A DNA stretch of 64,000 nucleotides, from positions 42,895 through 106,894 of the forward strand of contig CACOJS010000003.1 in assembly GCA_902627495.1 (NCBI GenBank). The letters are read 5' to 3'. Below are positions 1-10,706 of the stretch, piece after piece. Under the pieces are notes generated by a model. It searched no databases, was not told where the DNA came from, and worked only from the letters and a program-made list of their open reading frames with translations. How positions within the stretch are numbered: the stretch's first letter is position 1; each line of letters opens with the position of its first letter. The DNA comes from Hydrogenophilales bacterium. GTDB lineage: Bacteria; Pseudomonadota; Gammaproteobacteria; Burkholderiales; Eutrophovitaceae. A program made the translations under genes and the position numbers.

Positions 1-370
1 ATTTAATTGACTGTCCTTTTTCAAATAACAAAGGTATCGACAAGATCAGGTAAGGTGATTTGGATGCCTTAACTTGTAGAGATATGTTCTCCTGAATTAT
101 AGGATGTAGTAAGTTCTCAAGACGTTTTAGGGCAGTTGGATTACTAAAAACGAAACTCCCTAGTTTTTGTCGATTTATAGTTTGATTTTCGGATAAGTAC
201 TCATTCCCAAAAATTCGGATTATAGAATCATACGCTTTTTGTCCTGGTTCAGATATTTGGTGAGCAATTATATCAGCATCGATAACGTCAGCTCCAAGCT
301 CCATAAAAAAGTCCGATACTGTTGACTTTCCGCACCCGATTCCTCCCGTCAGCGAGACAACATAGCTCAT
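1..370 (-). CDS. coaE: Dephospho-CoA kinase, 5' part (runs off the window's left edge)
   Basis: Not in the ORF track. Manual translation from ATG at 370 gives MSYVVSLTGGIGCGKSTVSDFFMELGADVIDADIIAHQ (CoaE P-loop and DAD motif). ATGA overlap with the pilD stop. Confidence 0.93.
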   Translation of the reverse strand, partial: MSYVVSLTGGIGCGKSTVSDFFMELGADVIDADIIAHQISEPGQKAYDSIIRIFGNEYLSENQTINRQKLGSFVFSNPTALKRLENLLHPIIQENISLQVKASKSPYLILSIPLLFEKGQSIK

Positions 371-1287
371 ATTGTGTATATATACGAAAATAACAGGTGG
401 TTAATATTTGATCCCCAGAGGAATATGGTTAATCCTCCAACTGCAAGATAGGGGCCAAACGCAAATTCAGGTGGCTTGTTACTATCATTCTGAAAAATAC
501 GTCTCCATTGGAAAATTATCCCTAGGCAAGATGACAAAACTAGTAATGTAGGCAACAAGGGCCAGCCAACCCAAGCTCCTAAGCCTGCGGTTAATTTTAT
601 ATCTCCTTGACCCAAACCTTCCTTGGCAGTGATAAGTTTAAACATCAAAGCTATAGTTTGGAGAAAAATGTAGCCCGAGATAGCACCTATGACTGACTCT
701 TCAATTCCAATGTTTTCGGTCATTAGATTAAACACAAAGCCAAGCCAAACGAGGGAAAGTGTCAAAGAGTCAGGTAGTATCTTTTTTCCCAGGTCAATAA
801 AAGTCAAAGCGAGTAAAATATAAATTAATACGCACGAACCAGCAGTCATTAAAGTGAATTCAAAACGGTAAAAAATATAGGCGGTAAGGATCCCTGAAAC
901 GACTTCAATCAAAAGGTACGTAATACTAATAGAGGTTTTACAGAACTGGCACCTTCCCTTAAGTATTAAAAAGCTGAAGATAGGAATTAAATGCCGGTTC
1001 AATAACTGATGTGAACATTTTGGACAGTGTGATCGGGGTCGGGCAATATTAATCTCTCTGTAACTGGACGGTTGTTCAACTAATTTATAGGTGGTCGCTG
1101 GAACCTCTAAATTTTTTAAGCTGGCAACCATGCTCTGTCGCCATGAATTTTCAAGCATAAGTGGTAAGCGATGCACTAAAACAGTGATGAAACTTCCGAA
1201 TACCATACCAAAAATAAACCCGATAGCTGCCATGGAAGATTTATCCAACTGTTTGACATAAAATACTGATAATTCGAAAGTTTCCAA
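367..1287 (-). CDS. pilD: Prepilin peptidase/N-methyltransferase (A24 family)
   Basis: GSFITVLVHRLP, paired CPKC and CQFC motifs, FIDL..ILPD and GQGDIKL catalytic Asp motifs, FAFGPYLA; adjacent to coaE. Start codon uncertain. Confidence 0.92.
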   Translation of the reverse strand: METFELSVFYVKQLDKSSMAAIGFIFGMVFGSFITVLVHRLPLMLENSWRQSMVASLKNLEVPATTYKLVEQPSSYREINIARPRSHCPKCSHQLLNRHLIPIFSFLILKGRCQFCKTSISITYLLIEVVSGILTAYIFYRFEFTLMTAGSCVLIYILLALTFIDLGKKILPDSLTLSLVWLGFVFNLMTENIGIEESVIGAISGYIFLQTIALMFKLITAKEGLGQGDIKLTAGLGAWVGWPLLPTLLVLSSCLGIIFQWRRIFQNDSNKPPEFAFGPYLAVGGLTIFLWGSNINHLLFSYIYTI

Positions 1288-1343
1288 GTTTTTCCTTATC
1301 GCTTAGTCAGTCCGAAACTTGTATCTGAAGATCCCATTTCACG

Positions 1344-2624
1344 TTACTTTTTGGGATTTGGGAAGAGCCGGACTGCTTTAACAACTTTATTCTGCGATTG
1401 AAGTATTTCGACCGGTATGTTGTCTATTTTCAATGATGTTCCTGGATCTGGGATATCTTGAAAGTGCTTAAGTATTAGGCCATTGATAGTTTTAGGCCCT
1501 CCTAATGGAAAATCAAATCCCAATTGTTTGTTCAGGTCTCTTAATGAGCAACCACCATTAGCTATAATGGTTCCGTCACTTTGCATCTTGAAATAGGTGG
1601 AACTGAAGGGGGAATCTTTTGTGAATTCACCGATAATTTCTTCTATTATATCTTCCATGGTTAAAAGCCCCATTAATTCCCCATATTCATCAACTATCAA
1701 CCCCATGGATGAGCCTCGATCTTGGAAGTTTTGTAACTGGGTAAGTAATGGAGTATCTATTGGCACGAAATAAGGTTCCCACATAATTTTTTCCAGCATG
1801 TTTTTATCGACTAATCCTGTTTCTGACATGCTAAAGAGTTCTCTGAGGTGAATTACGCCTTGAACATTGTCAAGTTGGTCCTCATAGAGAGGTAGTCTAG
1901 TGTGATTAGATGCCGTTATCGCTTTGCGAAGTGCCTCGGGAGTACTATTTAAGTCGATAGCTTCAATGCTATTTCTCGGTTTCATAACATCTTCCACAGT
2001 GATTGAATTAAGATCAAATAGATTGACTAAAATATTCCTGTGTTTCTGAGGTAAGAAATGCCCATTTTCTATCATAAAGGTTCTAAGTTCATCGGAATTT
2101 AGTTCGTCTTTTTTGTGGTTAATGGGATTCAGGCGTAATATCCACAAGATAGCGGAAACGAATATATTAGCAACCGACACAATTGGGTGAGCCACTTTTA
2201 ACAAAGGCTTGAGTAAAAAGCTAGCTGGATATGCTATTTTTTCCGGATAGTTCGCTCCTATTAGTTTAGGAGTAATTTCGCTAAATATCAATATTGCTGC
2301 GGTAACGAAAAGGGTTGCCAACGTCAGAGCAATTTCATTTTCACCGATTAGTCTAATTGCTATCACGGTGATCAATGCGGCCGCAGCGGCATTCGCTAAG
2401 TTGTTTCCCAGTAATATTACTCCCAGCAATTTATCGGTTCTCTTGAGCAGTTTTTCAGTTCTAAGTGCACCAGCATGGCCTTTACCTGCAAGATGTCTCA
2501 TTCTATAGCGATTAAGTGCCATCATGCTGGTCTCAGAAATTGAAAAAAAAGCTGAAATGACTAGCAGTATAAAAAAAATGGTTAAAAGAGTGTAGATTGA
2601 AAGCTGGTCCAATTTATATGTCAC
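1344..2624 (-). CDS. HlyC/CorC (CNNM) family transporter with CBS domains
   Basis: SAFFSISET, ILLGNNLAN, EITPK (DUF21 region), VDEYGE in the CBS pair, C-terminal CorC domain (PKTINGLI). Confidence 0.92.
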   Translation of the reverse strand: MTYKLDQLSIYTLLTIFFILLVISAFFSISETSMMALNRYRMRHLAGKGHAGALRTEKLLKRTDKLLGVILLGNNLANAAAAALITVIAIRLIGENEIALTLATLFVTAAILIFSEITPKLIGANYPEKIAYPASFLLKPLLKVAHPIVSVANIFVSAILWILRLNPINHKKDELNSDELRTFMIENGHFLPQKHRNILVNLFDLNSITVEDVMKPRNSIEAIDLNSTPEALRKAITASNHTRLPLYEDQLDNVQGVIHLRELFSMSETGLVDKNMLEKIMWEPYFVPIDTPLLTQLQNFQDRGSSMGLIVDEYGELMGLLTMEDIIEEIIGEFTKDSPFSSTYFKMQSDGTIIANGGCSLRDLNKQLGFDFPLGGPKTINGLILKHFQDIPDPGTSLKIDNIPVEILQSQNKVVKAVRLFPNPKK

Positions 2625-2639
2625 CTTAAAGAATTCAGT

Positions 2640-3458
2640 TTAGGTGTTTAGAATTACTTCTCCCACAAACCTAGTGCCAATATATGAGAGGAATAGGAAA
2701 ACATATCCAATTAGTGTGCAGTTGATAGCTACCCTTCCTCGCCAACCCAAAAAGACTCTTCCCAATAACAAACATACGAATATTCCCCATGATACCCAAC
2801 CAAAGACAATCTTATGATTAAGTTCTAAGATCTGCCCTCGAGTTTGCTCTAAAAAAAACATACCTGTTAATAATGAAAGAGACAATAGCAGAATACCAAT
2901 AAAAATAGTTCTGAATAAGATTTTTTCCATAGTTAAGAGTGGAGGTAGTGATTTTATATGTTCTGGGATTTTTCCCGAATTAAGATGCCATTGGGCAATG
3001 GCCATGACCACAGTATGAAGCCCAGCTATGGTGAAAATGCTGTATGCCAACATAGAGAGAATGAGATGAGTGCCAAAGATGTTGGGATATGGTTGGGGTG
3101 ATAAGTTACCTGATGGGAGTAGAGTAGTAATGGCAAAGACCAATGCTGTAACTAGTATTAATAGAGAGTACAGTAGGTCTAGCCTGTAGAGAAAACTAAA
3201 TAACCAATAGAAACACGTTGCCATCCAGAAAATAATTGAAATGACAGTTAGTAACCTGAATTGTATTTCATCTCCGTGCCTGATATCAGCCTCTAACATA
3301 AACAGATGGCTCGCTAGAGTAAGTAGCAAGAATAACTGTGTGGTTAAATGGTGTTTGGGTTTTTTTGGGTCTACCCCCGCCTTCAAGTTACTAAATATTC
3401 TAAGGCCCACCCATAGGTATCCACTGAACACTGCGATTTGTATAAGAGTATTGGTCAT
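2640..3458 (-). CDS. Cytochrome c assembly family membrane protein (CcsA/YpjD-like)
   Basis: Multi-TM protein with H..LSMLAYS, LPPLLTME, HK..F...SW and GWRG motifs; divergent from ffh, as is usual. ATG 3458 chosen; the ORF extends to 3485. Confidence 0.88.
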   Translation of the reverse strand: MTNTLIQIAVFSGYLWVGLRIFSNLKAGVDPKKPKHHLTTQLFLLLTLASHLFMLEADIRHGDEIQFRLLTVISIIFWMATCFYWLFSFLYRLDLLYSLLILVTALVFAITTLLPSGNLSPQPYPNIFGTHLILSMLAYSIFTIAGLHTVVMAIAQWHLNSGKIPEHIKSLPPLLTMEKILFRTIFIGILLLSLSLLTGMFFLEQTRGQILELNHKIVFGWVSWGIFVCLLLGRVFLGWRGRVAINCTLIGYVFLFLSYIGTRFVGEVILNT

Positions 3459-3501
3459 GGTTTGTGTTGTCTTTTTCCCGGACACTCTGTTATTGTAAGT
3501 T

Positions 3502-4860
3502 ATGGTTGATACTTTGTCCCGACGCTTTAGCGAGCTTGTGGCTCAGTTAAGGGGCAAGCCGCGCCTAACCGAGGCCAACATCTCTGAAACTATACGAGAA
3601 ATAAGAATAGCACTATTAGAGGCAGATGTTTCCTTATCGGTCGTTAAATTATTTATTTCTAGTATTAGGGAAAAGGCAATAGGCAGTCAAATAGTAAGTC
3701 AACTATCGCCAGGCCAGGCTTTAGTAGGTGTGGTAAATCAAGAGCTTGTTGACTTGATGCAAAGTAATAATCGTTCTTTAGAGAGGTCAATCACAAACTC
3801 AAAAAATCTAAATTGTATTCTTTTGGCTGGATTGCAAGGATCAGGGAAAACGACTACTGCCGGCAAATTGGGGCGTTGGTTCAAAGAACATCATTCAAGT
3901 AGGGTGCTTTTGGCGTCCTGCGACGTATATAGACCTGCAGCTATTGAACAGATTCGGGTTCTTTCGCAGTCGGCAGAAGTTGATTTTTACGATGCTGAGG
4001 GTTCTAAAGACCCGTTTGAAATTGTTCTAAATGCAAAAAAAAATGCTAGCCGAAACGGTTACGACTATCTTATTGTTGATACGGCCGGCCGTCTGGCTCT
4101 TGATCAGTCAATGATGGAGGAGCTTAGTAAAATCCACGAATTGCTAGAGCCTTGTGACAATTTTTTTATCGTAGATGCCATGCAGGGACAAGATGCTATT
4201 AATGTAGCCAAAGCCTTTAGCAAGGCATTACCGCTAACTGGTGTTATTTTAACCAAAACGGATGGTGATTCTCGAGGAGGTTCCCTACTATCGGTTAGGC
4301 AGGTGGTAAAAGTGCCAGTTCATTTTGTTGGTACGGGGGAAAAAGTGGAGAGTTTGGAGTTGTTTAATGCTGAAAAAATGGCAGCTAGAATACTCGGAAT
4401 GGGTGATATTTTATCTTTAGTAAAAGATGCTCAAAAACAAATAAATGACGATAAAGTTCAAGCAACCTTGGATAGAGTTCGTAAAAGAAAAAATCTGAAT
4501 TTGGAGGACTTTCAGGTTCAGATAGAACAATTAAGTGTGATGGGAGGGGTGGGTTCAATATTAGAGAAACTTCCCATGTCGATGAGAAACATTCTTAAAA
4601 ATGATGCGATATCATCTGACAATCTTGGTAAGGCATTGGTTATTATTAATTCGATGACTAATTTTGAAAAACGAAATCCCCATATTTTAAGGGGATCAAG
4701 GAAACGAAGGATTGCCGGAGGATCTGGCACTAGTGTTCAAGAAGTCAATAGACTTTTGAATCAGTTCAAGTCCATGCAAAAAGTAGGTAAACAGTTTAAA
4801 CAAAGTAGCATGTTAAAAAATTTCGTTAAAAAGGCAGGTTTACGTGCTTTAAAACAATAA
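3502..4860 (+). CDS. ffh: Signal recognition particle protein Ffh
   Basis: ALLEADV, GLQGSGKTT, DTAGR, TKTDGDSRGG, and M-domain SMT..E / RRIAGGSG motifs. Confidence 0.97.
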   Translation: MVDTLSRRFSELVAQLRGKPRLTEANISETIREIRIALLEADVSLSVVKLFISSIREKAIGSQIVSQLSPGQALVGVVNQELVDLMQSNNRSLERSITNSKNLNCILLAGLQGSGKTTTAGKLGRWFKEHHSSRVLLASCDVYRPAAIEQIRVLSQSAEVDFYDAEGSKDPFEIVLNAKKNASRNGYDYLIVDTAGRLALDQSMMEELSKIHELLEPCDNFFIVDAMQGQDAINVAKAFSKALPLTGVILTKTDGDSRGGSLLSVRQVVKVPVHFVGTGEKVESLELFNAEKMAARILGMGDILSLVKDAQKQINDDKVQATLDRVRKRKNLNLEDFQVQIEQLSVMGGVGSILEKLPMSMRNILKNDAISSDNLGKALVIINSMTNFEKRNPHILRGSRKRRIAGGSGTSVQEVNRLLNQFKSMQKVGKQFKQSSMLKNFVKKAGLRALKQ

Positions 4861-4905
4861 ATTGAATATTAAGTTCTTCAACTGATTTTTTTTTGGAGGT
4901 TAGAT

Positions 4906-5673
4906 GTGAGATATATAGGTTTTATGCTGATTCTTGTACTCAGTTTTTCTGCACACGGGCAGGTTGTTGTAGAGCCTGATTACGATAGAGAGAAAAGATG
5001 GGCTGACCAGATATTGCCATCTCTCATGGTAGGTGATGCAGTTTGGCAGGAGCAATCTAACGGACACAAGTTTTTAGGGCTTTATACGCCGGCTGATAAC
5101 CCTAGAGGAGCAATAATAGTTGGTCATGGCCGCGGTTGGAACCCGAATTGGCAGCTCTATGGTGCTATTAGAATGCAATTAGCTGAGTTAGGTTATTCAA
5201 CCCTAGCTATTCAGCTACCAGTTTTGGGTTCGGGTGCAAAAGTCGGGGACTATATCCCAACCTATCCAGATTCAAATGAAAGATATGAGTTATCGGCACA
5301 TTGGTTATATGATAAGGGTTATAAGGATGTGGCGATTGTATCGCATAGTTTAGGGGCTACCATGGCCAACCAATATTTGATTAGTCTTAAATACATCAAA
5401 AAAGAGAAGCCTTTAATTAAAGCCTGGGTTTTCATAAGTATAATTAATGGATTAGAGGAAATGTTTAGAATTAAAGTACCGGTGCTAGACTTATTTGGGA
5501 GCGAAGATTGGGTGATAACTCGGGTTGGAGCTTATGAGAGGCGACAGCAAATTATGAAGGTTGAAGGGTCTCAGCAGGTGGAGTTGGGAGGGGCACCACA
5601 CTTTTTTGAGGGGCATGAAGATTCTTTGTCTGAGACTATTGTAAGATTTTTAGACAAAGTTCTAAAAAAATAG
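4906..5673 (+). CDS. Exported alpha/beta hydrolase-fold protein (DUF3530-like)
   Basis: Signal peptide, [19 protein letters not shown] nucleophile elbow, APHFF His motif; GGAGG RBS. Confidence 0.7.
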   Translation: MRYIGFMLILVLSFSAHGQVVVEPDYDREKRWADQILPSLMVGDAVWQEQSNGHKFLGLYTPADNPRGAIIVGHGRGWNPNWQLYGAIRMQLAELGYSTLAIQLPVLGSGAKVGDYIPTYPDSNERYELSAHWLYDKGYKDVAIVSHSLGATMANQYLISLKYIKKEKPLIKAWVFISIINGLEEMFRIKVPVLDLFGSEDWVITRVGAYERRQQIMKVEGSQQVELGGAPHFFEGHEDSLSETIVRFLDKVLKK

Positions 5674-5709
5674 ATAGCAAGCTCACTAGGGCTTTTATTT
5701 TTATTTCCC

Positions 5710-5739
5710 TTGCACCAGAACGGGGAACCGTCGTAAAAT
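5710..5739 (+). promoter_or_regulatory. Putative sigma70 promoter for the rpsP operon
   Basis: TTGCAC (5710-15), 18-nt spacer, TAAAAT (5734-39), upstream of rpsP. Confidence 0.45.
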
Positions 5740-5771
5740 CAATGGTTTTTTATGTTTTAAGGCGAAGATAT

Positions 5772-6032
5772 ATGGTAGTGATTAGGTTAGCTCGGGGCGG
5801 AGCGAAAAAAAAGCCGTTTTATAGGCTTGTTGTTGCCGACTCCAGAAATGCAAGGGATGGGAGGTTTATAGAGCGGGTTGGATTTTATAATCCCACTGTT
5901 CCAGACGGTGTTGAGGGTCTACGGGTTGATTTAGATCGGGTAAGTTTTTGGCAAAGTAAAGGAGCAAAGTTATCAAATACAGTCGCAAGGTTGGTAAAGC
6001 AGGTTGGTGCTGGGAACGATAACAAATCCTGA
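5772..6032 (+). CDS. rpsP: 30S ribosomal protein S16
   Basis: [41 protein letters not shown]; start moved to ATG 5772. Confidence 0.98.
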   Translation: MVVIRLARGGAKKKPFYRLVVADSRNARDGRFIERVGFYNPTVPDGVEGLRVDLDRVSFWQSKGAKLSNTVARLVKQVGAGNDNKS

Positions 6033-6522
6033 CGCATTTGTTGAAATGGGGAGAGTTGGATCCCCTTATGGATTGCAGGGAGGACTTCGAGTTCGCCCTT
6101 TTACAGGCCATCTAGAGTCCCTTGCCAAGTATGAGTATTGGTGGTTGGGTAACTCAGAGCAAACCAAAAAGTTCAAACTTTTAAAGCTGGTTCCTAGTAA
6201 AAAAGACTTGATTGTCACGTTTGAAGAAATTGATGACCGTACCGAGGCTGAAAAATATCGTAACCGTAATGTATATATCCCAAGGAGCCAGTTTCCTGAA
6301 ACGAAGGAGGGAGAGTTTTATTGGGTCGATTTGATTGGTCTGGCGGTAGTGACTTTGGAGGGGCAAGTTATAGGCCAACTTCAAGGTATATTCGAAACCG
6401 GGGCAAACCAAGTTATGGTTGTAGGAGAAAACGAGCTACTAATCCCGTTCATTGATAACGTGGTAAAGAAAGTGGATATAAAGACAGGCGAAATACTCAT
6501 TAACTGGGAGGTTGATTTTTAG
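6004..6522 (+). CDS. rimM: Ribosome maturation factor RimM
   Basis: [33 protein letters not shown] motifs; lies between rpsP and trmD. Confidence 0.96.
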   Translation: MVLGTITNPDAFVEMGRVGSPYGLQGGLRVRPFTGHLESLAKYEYWWLGNSEQTKKFKLLKLVPSKKDLIVTFEEIDDRTEAEKYRNRNVYIPRSQFPETKEGEFYWVDLIGLAVVTLEGQVIGQLQGIFETGANQVMVVGENELLIPFIDNVVKKVDIKTGEILINWEVDF

Positions 6523-6532
6523 GGTTTTGCTA

Positions 6533-7291
6533 ATGAAATATTTTGATGTTGTTAGTATTTTTCCGGGAATGTTTGAGGCTATAACAGGATATGGAATATC
6601 TAAAAGAGCCTTGGAAAGAGGATTGTATGATTTGGTCGTATGGAATCCCCGGGATCATAGTGAAAACAGCAATAAGTCAGTGGACGGACGCCCATATGGA
6701 GGTGGGCCAGGAATGGTTATGTCGGCTGAGCCCTTGAGTCGGGCAATTGATGCGGCCAACAGGAGACAGGAAGATGTGGGAGTTAAAAAGAAAACTTCGG
6801 TTTACCTCACCCCACAAGGCGAAAGATTGGATAGGGGTTTAATAGATGAGTTAGAAGAATTGGAGGGGATCGTTTTATTGGCAGGTCGGTATGAGGGCGT
6901 TGATGAAAGGTTAGTTCAATCCAAGATAGAACGCGAGGTATCAATTGGTGATTACGTTGTTTCGGGGGGAGAATTAGCGGCGATGGTTCTGATTGATGCA
7001 CTGGTTAGGAGAATCCCGGGGGCGGTAAACCATAAAGAGTCCCTGGCAAATGAATCCTTTGAGACAATATTTTTAGATTATCCTCAATATACTAGACCAG
7101 AGGTTTTTGAAAGTCACAGGGTTCCTCCCGAACTGATGTCAGGCGATCACAAACTTATTGATCGATGGAGATTGAAAGAGTCGATAGGGCGAACTTGGCT
7201 AAAAAGGCCTGATTTAATAGCTAATATTAACCTAGATGCGGAGCAATTTGCGTTGTTAGACGAATTTAAGAGAGAAAAAGGTGTAGAATAA
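6533..7291 (+). CDS. trmD: tRNA (guanine-N1)-methyltransferase
   Basis: [36 protein letters not shown] motifs; start moved to ATG 6533. Confidence 0.98.
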   Translation: MKYFDVVSIFPGMFEAITGYGISKRALERGLYDLVVWNPRDHSENSNKSVDGRPYGGGPGMVMSAEPLSRAIDAANRRQEDVGVKKKTSVYLTPQGERLDRGLIDELEELEGIVLLAGRYEGVDERLVQSKIEREVSIGDYVVSGGELAAMVLIDALVRRIPGAVNHKESLANESFETIFLDYPQYTRPEVFESHRVPPELMSGDHKLIDRWRLKESIGRTWLKRPDLIANINLDAEQFALLDEFKREKGVE

Positions 7292-7307
7292 AGAGACGGA
7301 GAAGATA

Positions 7308-7682
7308 ATGAATATTATAGACGACATCGAGCAAAAAGAAATAGAGAGACTTGGCACAAAAATCCCAGATTTCAGTGCTGGTGATACGGTAGTTGTAAAC
7401 GTAAATGTCATTGAGGGTGAAAGAAAGAGGGTTCAGGCATACGAAGGCGTAGTTATCGGAAGGCGTAATCGTGGCCTAAACTCATCATTTGTGGTTCGGA
7501 AAATTTCATCGGGTGAAGGAGTGGAGAGGACATTCCAATTGTACTCACCTCTCATAGCAGGTATTGAGGTTAAGCGTTTTGGAGATGTGCGAAGAGCTAA
7601 ACTCTATTATCTCAGAAATAGATCGGGTAAGTCTGCAAGAATCAAAGAGAAACTTCAAGGAAAAATTGAGAAGAGCAAATAG
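7308..7682 (+). CDS. rplS: 50S ribosomal protein L19
   Basis: [35 protein letters not shown]. Confidence 0.98.
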   Translation: MNIIDDIEQKEIERLGTKIPDFSAGDTVVVNVNVIEGERKRVQAYEGVVIGRRNRGLNSSFVVRKISSGEGVERTFQLYSPLIAGIEVKRFGDVRRAKLYYLRNRSGKSARIKEKLQGKIEKSK

Positions 7683-7729
7683 ATCTATTTTTTTTCGGGA
7701 GTAGTTGTTTTGTCCAAACTATCTGTCTC

Positions 7730-8635
7730 ATGAAGGTGAACCAAGATCTTATAGCAGAGTTTCTCAATATAGTCTGGTTGGAGGATGGACTTTCCTTTAA
7801 TACTAGAAACAGCTATAAGGCAGACCTCAATTTGTGGTGCGAGTGGTTAGAGGGCAATTATTCGAAGGACATGTTACAGGCGGATGAGAGTGATGTTAAT
7901 TGCTATTTAGCAGAGCGTTTTTCATCCCACCTGAAACCAAGGTCGACACGTAGGTTCCTTTCGACATTAAGACGGTTTTATGGATTAATGATTAGAAACG
8001 GCAGGTTAGTGGATAATCCTACCCTGAAGGTTGACCCACCTAAGATCCCCCAATCCCTCCCGGTTAATCTAAGTGAAGAAGAGGTGGAGCTCATACTAGC
8101 TAGGCCCAATACTGGACAACCTGATGGGTTAAGGGACAAGGCAATGTTGGAGACATTATATGCTAGTGGTTTGAGGGTCTCGGAGTTAATAAATCTGGAA
8201 CTAGTGCAGCTCGACACAAAATCAGCTTTTTTGAGAGTGACGGGCAAGGGGAATAAAGAGAGAATTGTACCTTTGGGGGAAGATGCTTTTCTCTGGATAG
8301 AGAGGTACCTAAGAGACGCCAGAGCATTGATATTGGGGAATCGGTCTTCTGAAAAAATATTTGTAACAAGCAGAGGGAAAAACCAGCCAAATATGACGCG
8401 ACAGGCCTTTTGGTTTCGTTTGAAAAAATATGCCCGTGAAGTAGGAATTAAAACTAAGGTTTCGCCACACACGATTAGGCATGCATTTGCTACTCATCTT
8501 ATAAATCACGGTGCAGACCTGCGAGTTGTGCAGTTGTTACTTGGACATTCGGATATCTCCACTACTCAAATATACACCCATGTTGCTAGAGAGCGACTAA
8601 AGAAAGTTCACAGTCTGCACCATCCTCGGGGGTAG
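7730..8635 (+). CDS. xerD: Site-specific tyrosine recombinase XerD
   Basis: LEDGLS.NT..SY..DL, LYASGLRVSEL, GKGNKER, HTIRHAFATHL, LLGHSDISTTQIYTHVA, HHPRG C-terminus. Confidence 0.93.
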   Translation: MKVNQDLIAEFLNIVWLEDGLSFNTRNSYKADLNLWCEWLEGNYSKDMLQADESDVNCYLAERFSSHLKPRSTRRFLSTLRRFYGLMIRNGRLVDNPTLKVDPPKIPQSLPVNLSEEEVELILARPNTGQPDGLRDKAMLETLYASGLRVSELINLELVQLDTKSAFLRVTGKGNKERIVPLGEDAFLWIERYLRDARALILGNRSSEKIFVTSRGKNQPNMTRQAFWFRLKKYAREVGIKTKVSPHTIRHAFATHLINHGADLRVVQLLLGHSDISTTQIYTHVARERLKKVHSLHHPRG

Positions 8636-8649
8636 GTAGGTAGATAAAT

Positions 8650-9270
8650 ATGCAATATATATTTGTTAGCATAGGAGCATATCTGGTGGGATCTCTATCT
8701 TTTGCCCACATTATTAGTAAAGTTATGGGACTACCAAATCCGGAGTCATACGGTTCTCGAAATGCGGGTGCTACTAATGTTCTTAGAACAGGAAACAAGA
8801 AAGCGGCATATTTAGTATTACTTGGAGATATGTTGAAGGGAGTATTGGTGATTCTTTTGGTTCGGGTTTATGTTAGTGAGGCAAATGCCCCCTATTTTTT
8901 GCTACCACTCTCGGGTTTGGCTGTTTTTTTTGGACATCTTTTCCCAGCGTTCTTTTCATTCAAGGGGGGTAAGGGAGTTGCAACTTCGGCAGGAGTTTTA
9001 TTGGCTTTAGAGCCTGTGATAGGTCTTACAGCAGTCTTAGTTTGGTTAGCTGTAGCGCTTATAACTCACTATTCCTCATTAGCAGCTTTGACATCAGCAA
9101 TGACAATATTAGCGGTGTCAATTTTTTCTGGCAGTAGTTTATCCTTGATTTTATCTGTAACAACGATTTTTGTGCTTATAGTTTTAAAGCATAAACAGAA
9201 TATAAAAAATCTAATTTCTGGTGAAGAGACAAAAATTGTACTGAATATTCGCCGATCTAATAGTTTATAG
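8650..9270 (+). CDS. plsY: Glycerol-3-phosphate 1-O-acyltransferase PlsY
   Basis: YLVGS, GSRNAGATNVLR, GHLFP..FKGGKGVAT, KHKQNI motifs. Confidence 0.96.
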   Translation: MQYIFVSIGAYLVGSLSFAHIISKVMGLPNPESYGSRNAGATNVLRTGNKKAAYLVLLGDMLKGVLVILLVRVYVSEANAPYFLLPLSGLAVFFGHLFPAFFSFKGGKGVATSAGVLLALEPVIGLTAVLVWLAVALITHYSSLAALTSAMTILAVSIFSGSSLSLILSVTTIFVLIVLKHKQNIKNLISGEETKIVLNIRRSNSL

Positions 9271-10270
9271 ACTCTAATGGCCAACGTGGTTTTACGCTGA
9301 AAGAGCCATTATCTGGGTTGGCCGATCCATTTGCCCACCTTCGATACCCCGCATAGGCAATCATAGCCGCATTGTCCGTACAAAACTCTAAAGGTGGAAA
9401 GTGCACCTTAATGTTTTTCCTTTTAGCTATGAGGTTGATTTGATGTCTAAGATGGTTATTTGCACTTACCCCCCCAGCAACCACTAGTGATTTTATGCCT
9501 GTTTGGTCGAGTGCTCTGAAGGTTTTCCTAGTAAGTACGTCAGTGATTGCTTTTTGGAAACTAGCGGCAATATCAGCATTATTTTTTTCGCTGTCACCAT
9601 GTTTTTTTGTGAGTAATAGAGCAGCTGTCTTTAATCCGCTAAAGCTAAAGTTAAGGGTTTTATGGTTTAGCATTGGACGTGGAAGGTCATATTTGGGAAT
9701 ACCATGTTCCGCAAGGAGCGAGAGTTCCGCACCCCCTGGATAGTTTAAGCCCAAGAGTTTCGCTGTTTTGTCGAATGCTTCCCCCGCAGCATCGTCCAGA
9801 GTATCACCTAGAATTCGGTAACTACCGACCTCATTGACTTGGACTAGTTGAGTATGTCCTCCAGATACTAGCAGAGCGACAAATGGCATTTCTAGGCTTG
9901 AGTGGCTTAGAAATGGTGACAATAAATGACCCTCAAGATGATGTATACCAATACAGGGGATTTGCATGCTTATTGAAAGAGAGTTTGCTAGGGAGGCTCC
10001 GACCAAAAGGGCACCAGCCAGTCCAGGCCCCTTGGTATATGCTATACAGTCAATATCGGGAATTTTTGTGTTTGTTTCTCTTAGCAACTTTGAGAGTAGA
10101 GGGAGCAAAAGTTTAATGTGATCCCTCGAGGCTAGTTCGGGCACCACACCACCATATTGAGCATGAAGAGCTACCTGAGAATGAATATCATGCCCAATCA
10201 ACCCTTGTTCACCGGAGTACAAGGCTACTGCCGTTTCATCACAGGACGTTTCTATTCCAAGAGTAATCAT
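9257..10270 (-). CDS. tsaD: tRNA N6-threonylcarbamoyladenosine synthase TsaD
   Basis: LGIETSCDET, GGVVPELASRDH, HHLEGH, VSGGHT, DDAAGEAFDK, CTDNAAMIA; start at ATG 10270. Confidence 0.98.
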   Translation of the reverse strand: MITLGIETSCDETAVALYSGEQGLIGHDIHSQVALHAQYGGVVPELASRDHIKLLLPLLSKLLRETNTKIPDIDCIAYTKGPGLAGALLVGASLANSLSISMQIPCIGIHHLEGHLLSPFLSHSSLEMPFVALLVSGGHTQLVQVNEVGSYRILGDTLDDAAGEAFDKTAKLLGLNYPGGAELSLLAEHGIPKYDLPRPMLNHKTLNFSFSGLKTAALLLTKKHGDSEKNNADIAASFQKAITDVLTRKTFRALDQTGIKSLVVAGGVSANNHLRHQINLIAKRKNIKVHFPPLEFCTDNAAMIAYAGYRRWANGSANPDNGSFSVKPRWPLESINY

Positions 10271-10310
10271 AGCTGAATGCAAAATAAATCCATTTTAAAA
10301 CATGTTGTCT

Positions 10311-10340
10311 TTGCAATCCCGTGTTTTTTACTGTTAAAAT
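10311..10340 (+). promoter_or_regulatory. Putative sigma70 promoter (extended -10) for rpsU-dnaG-rpoD
   Basis: TTGCAA (10311-16), 18-nt spacer, TG-n-TAAAAT (10332-40). Confidence 0.55.
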
Positions 10341-10389
10341 GTGGCCCTTTTTTGGGTAGTAGGGCCCCCGAGTGGGTTACAATAAGATT

Positions 10390-10602
10390 ATGACAACTGT
10401 TCGTGTAAAAGAAAATGAACCTTTTGAAGTCGCCATGCGGCGGTTTAAGAGGACAGTGGAAAAAACAGGTTTATTAACTGAGCTGCGGGCTCGCGAATTT
10501 TATGAGAAACCAACAGCCGAGAGGAAGAGAAAACTGGCTGCAGCTGTCAAGCGGCATCACAAACGACTTCGTAGTCAAGTCCTTCCCCCCAAAATGTACT
10601 AG
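10390..10602 (+). CDS. rpsU: 30S ribosomal protein S21
   Basis: [21 protein letters not shown]...[14 protein letters not shown]; start ATG 10390. Confidence 0.98.
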   Translation: MTTVRVKENEPFEVAMRRFKRTVEKTGLLTELRAREFYEKPTAERKRKLAAAVKRHHKRLRSQVLPPKMY

Positions 10603-10706
10603 GTTGAAAAATTCCATTTAAAGTTCAATAATCCTAGGGGCTTCAGGATAAAAGAAAGTTGCGGCAAATACATACGCCACCAGTTTCAGGAATTTTCTGA
10701 GAGGGT

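Noticed and set aside
7730..8635. Tyrosine recombinase as the islet's integrase
   Set aside because: Size, motifs (HHPRG end) and housekeeping context identify chromosomal XerD; it lies 6.5 kb from the att site.
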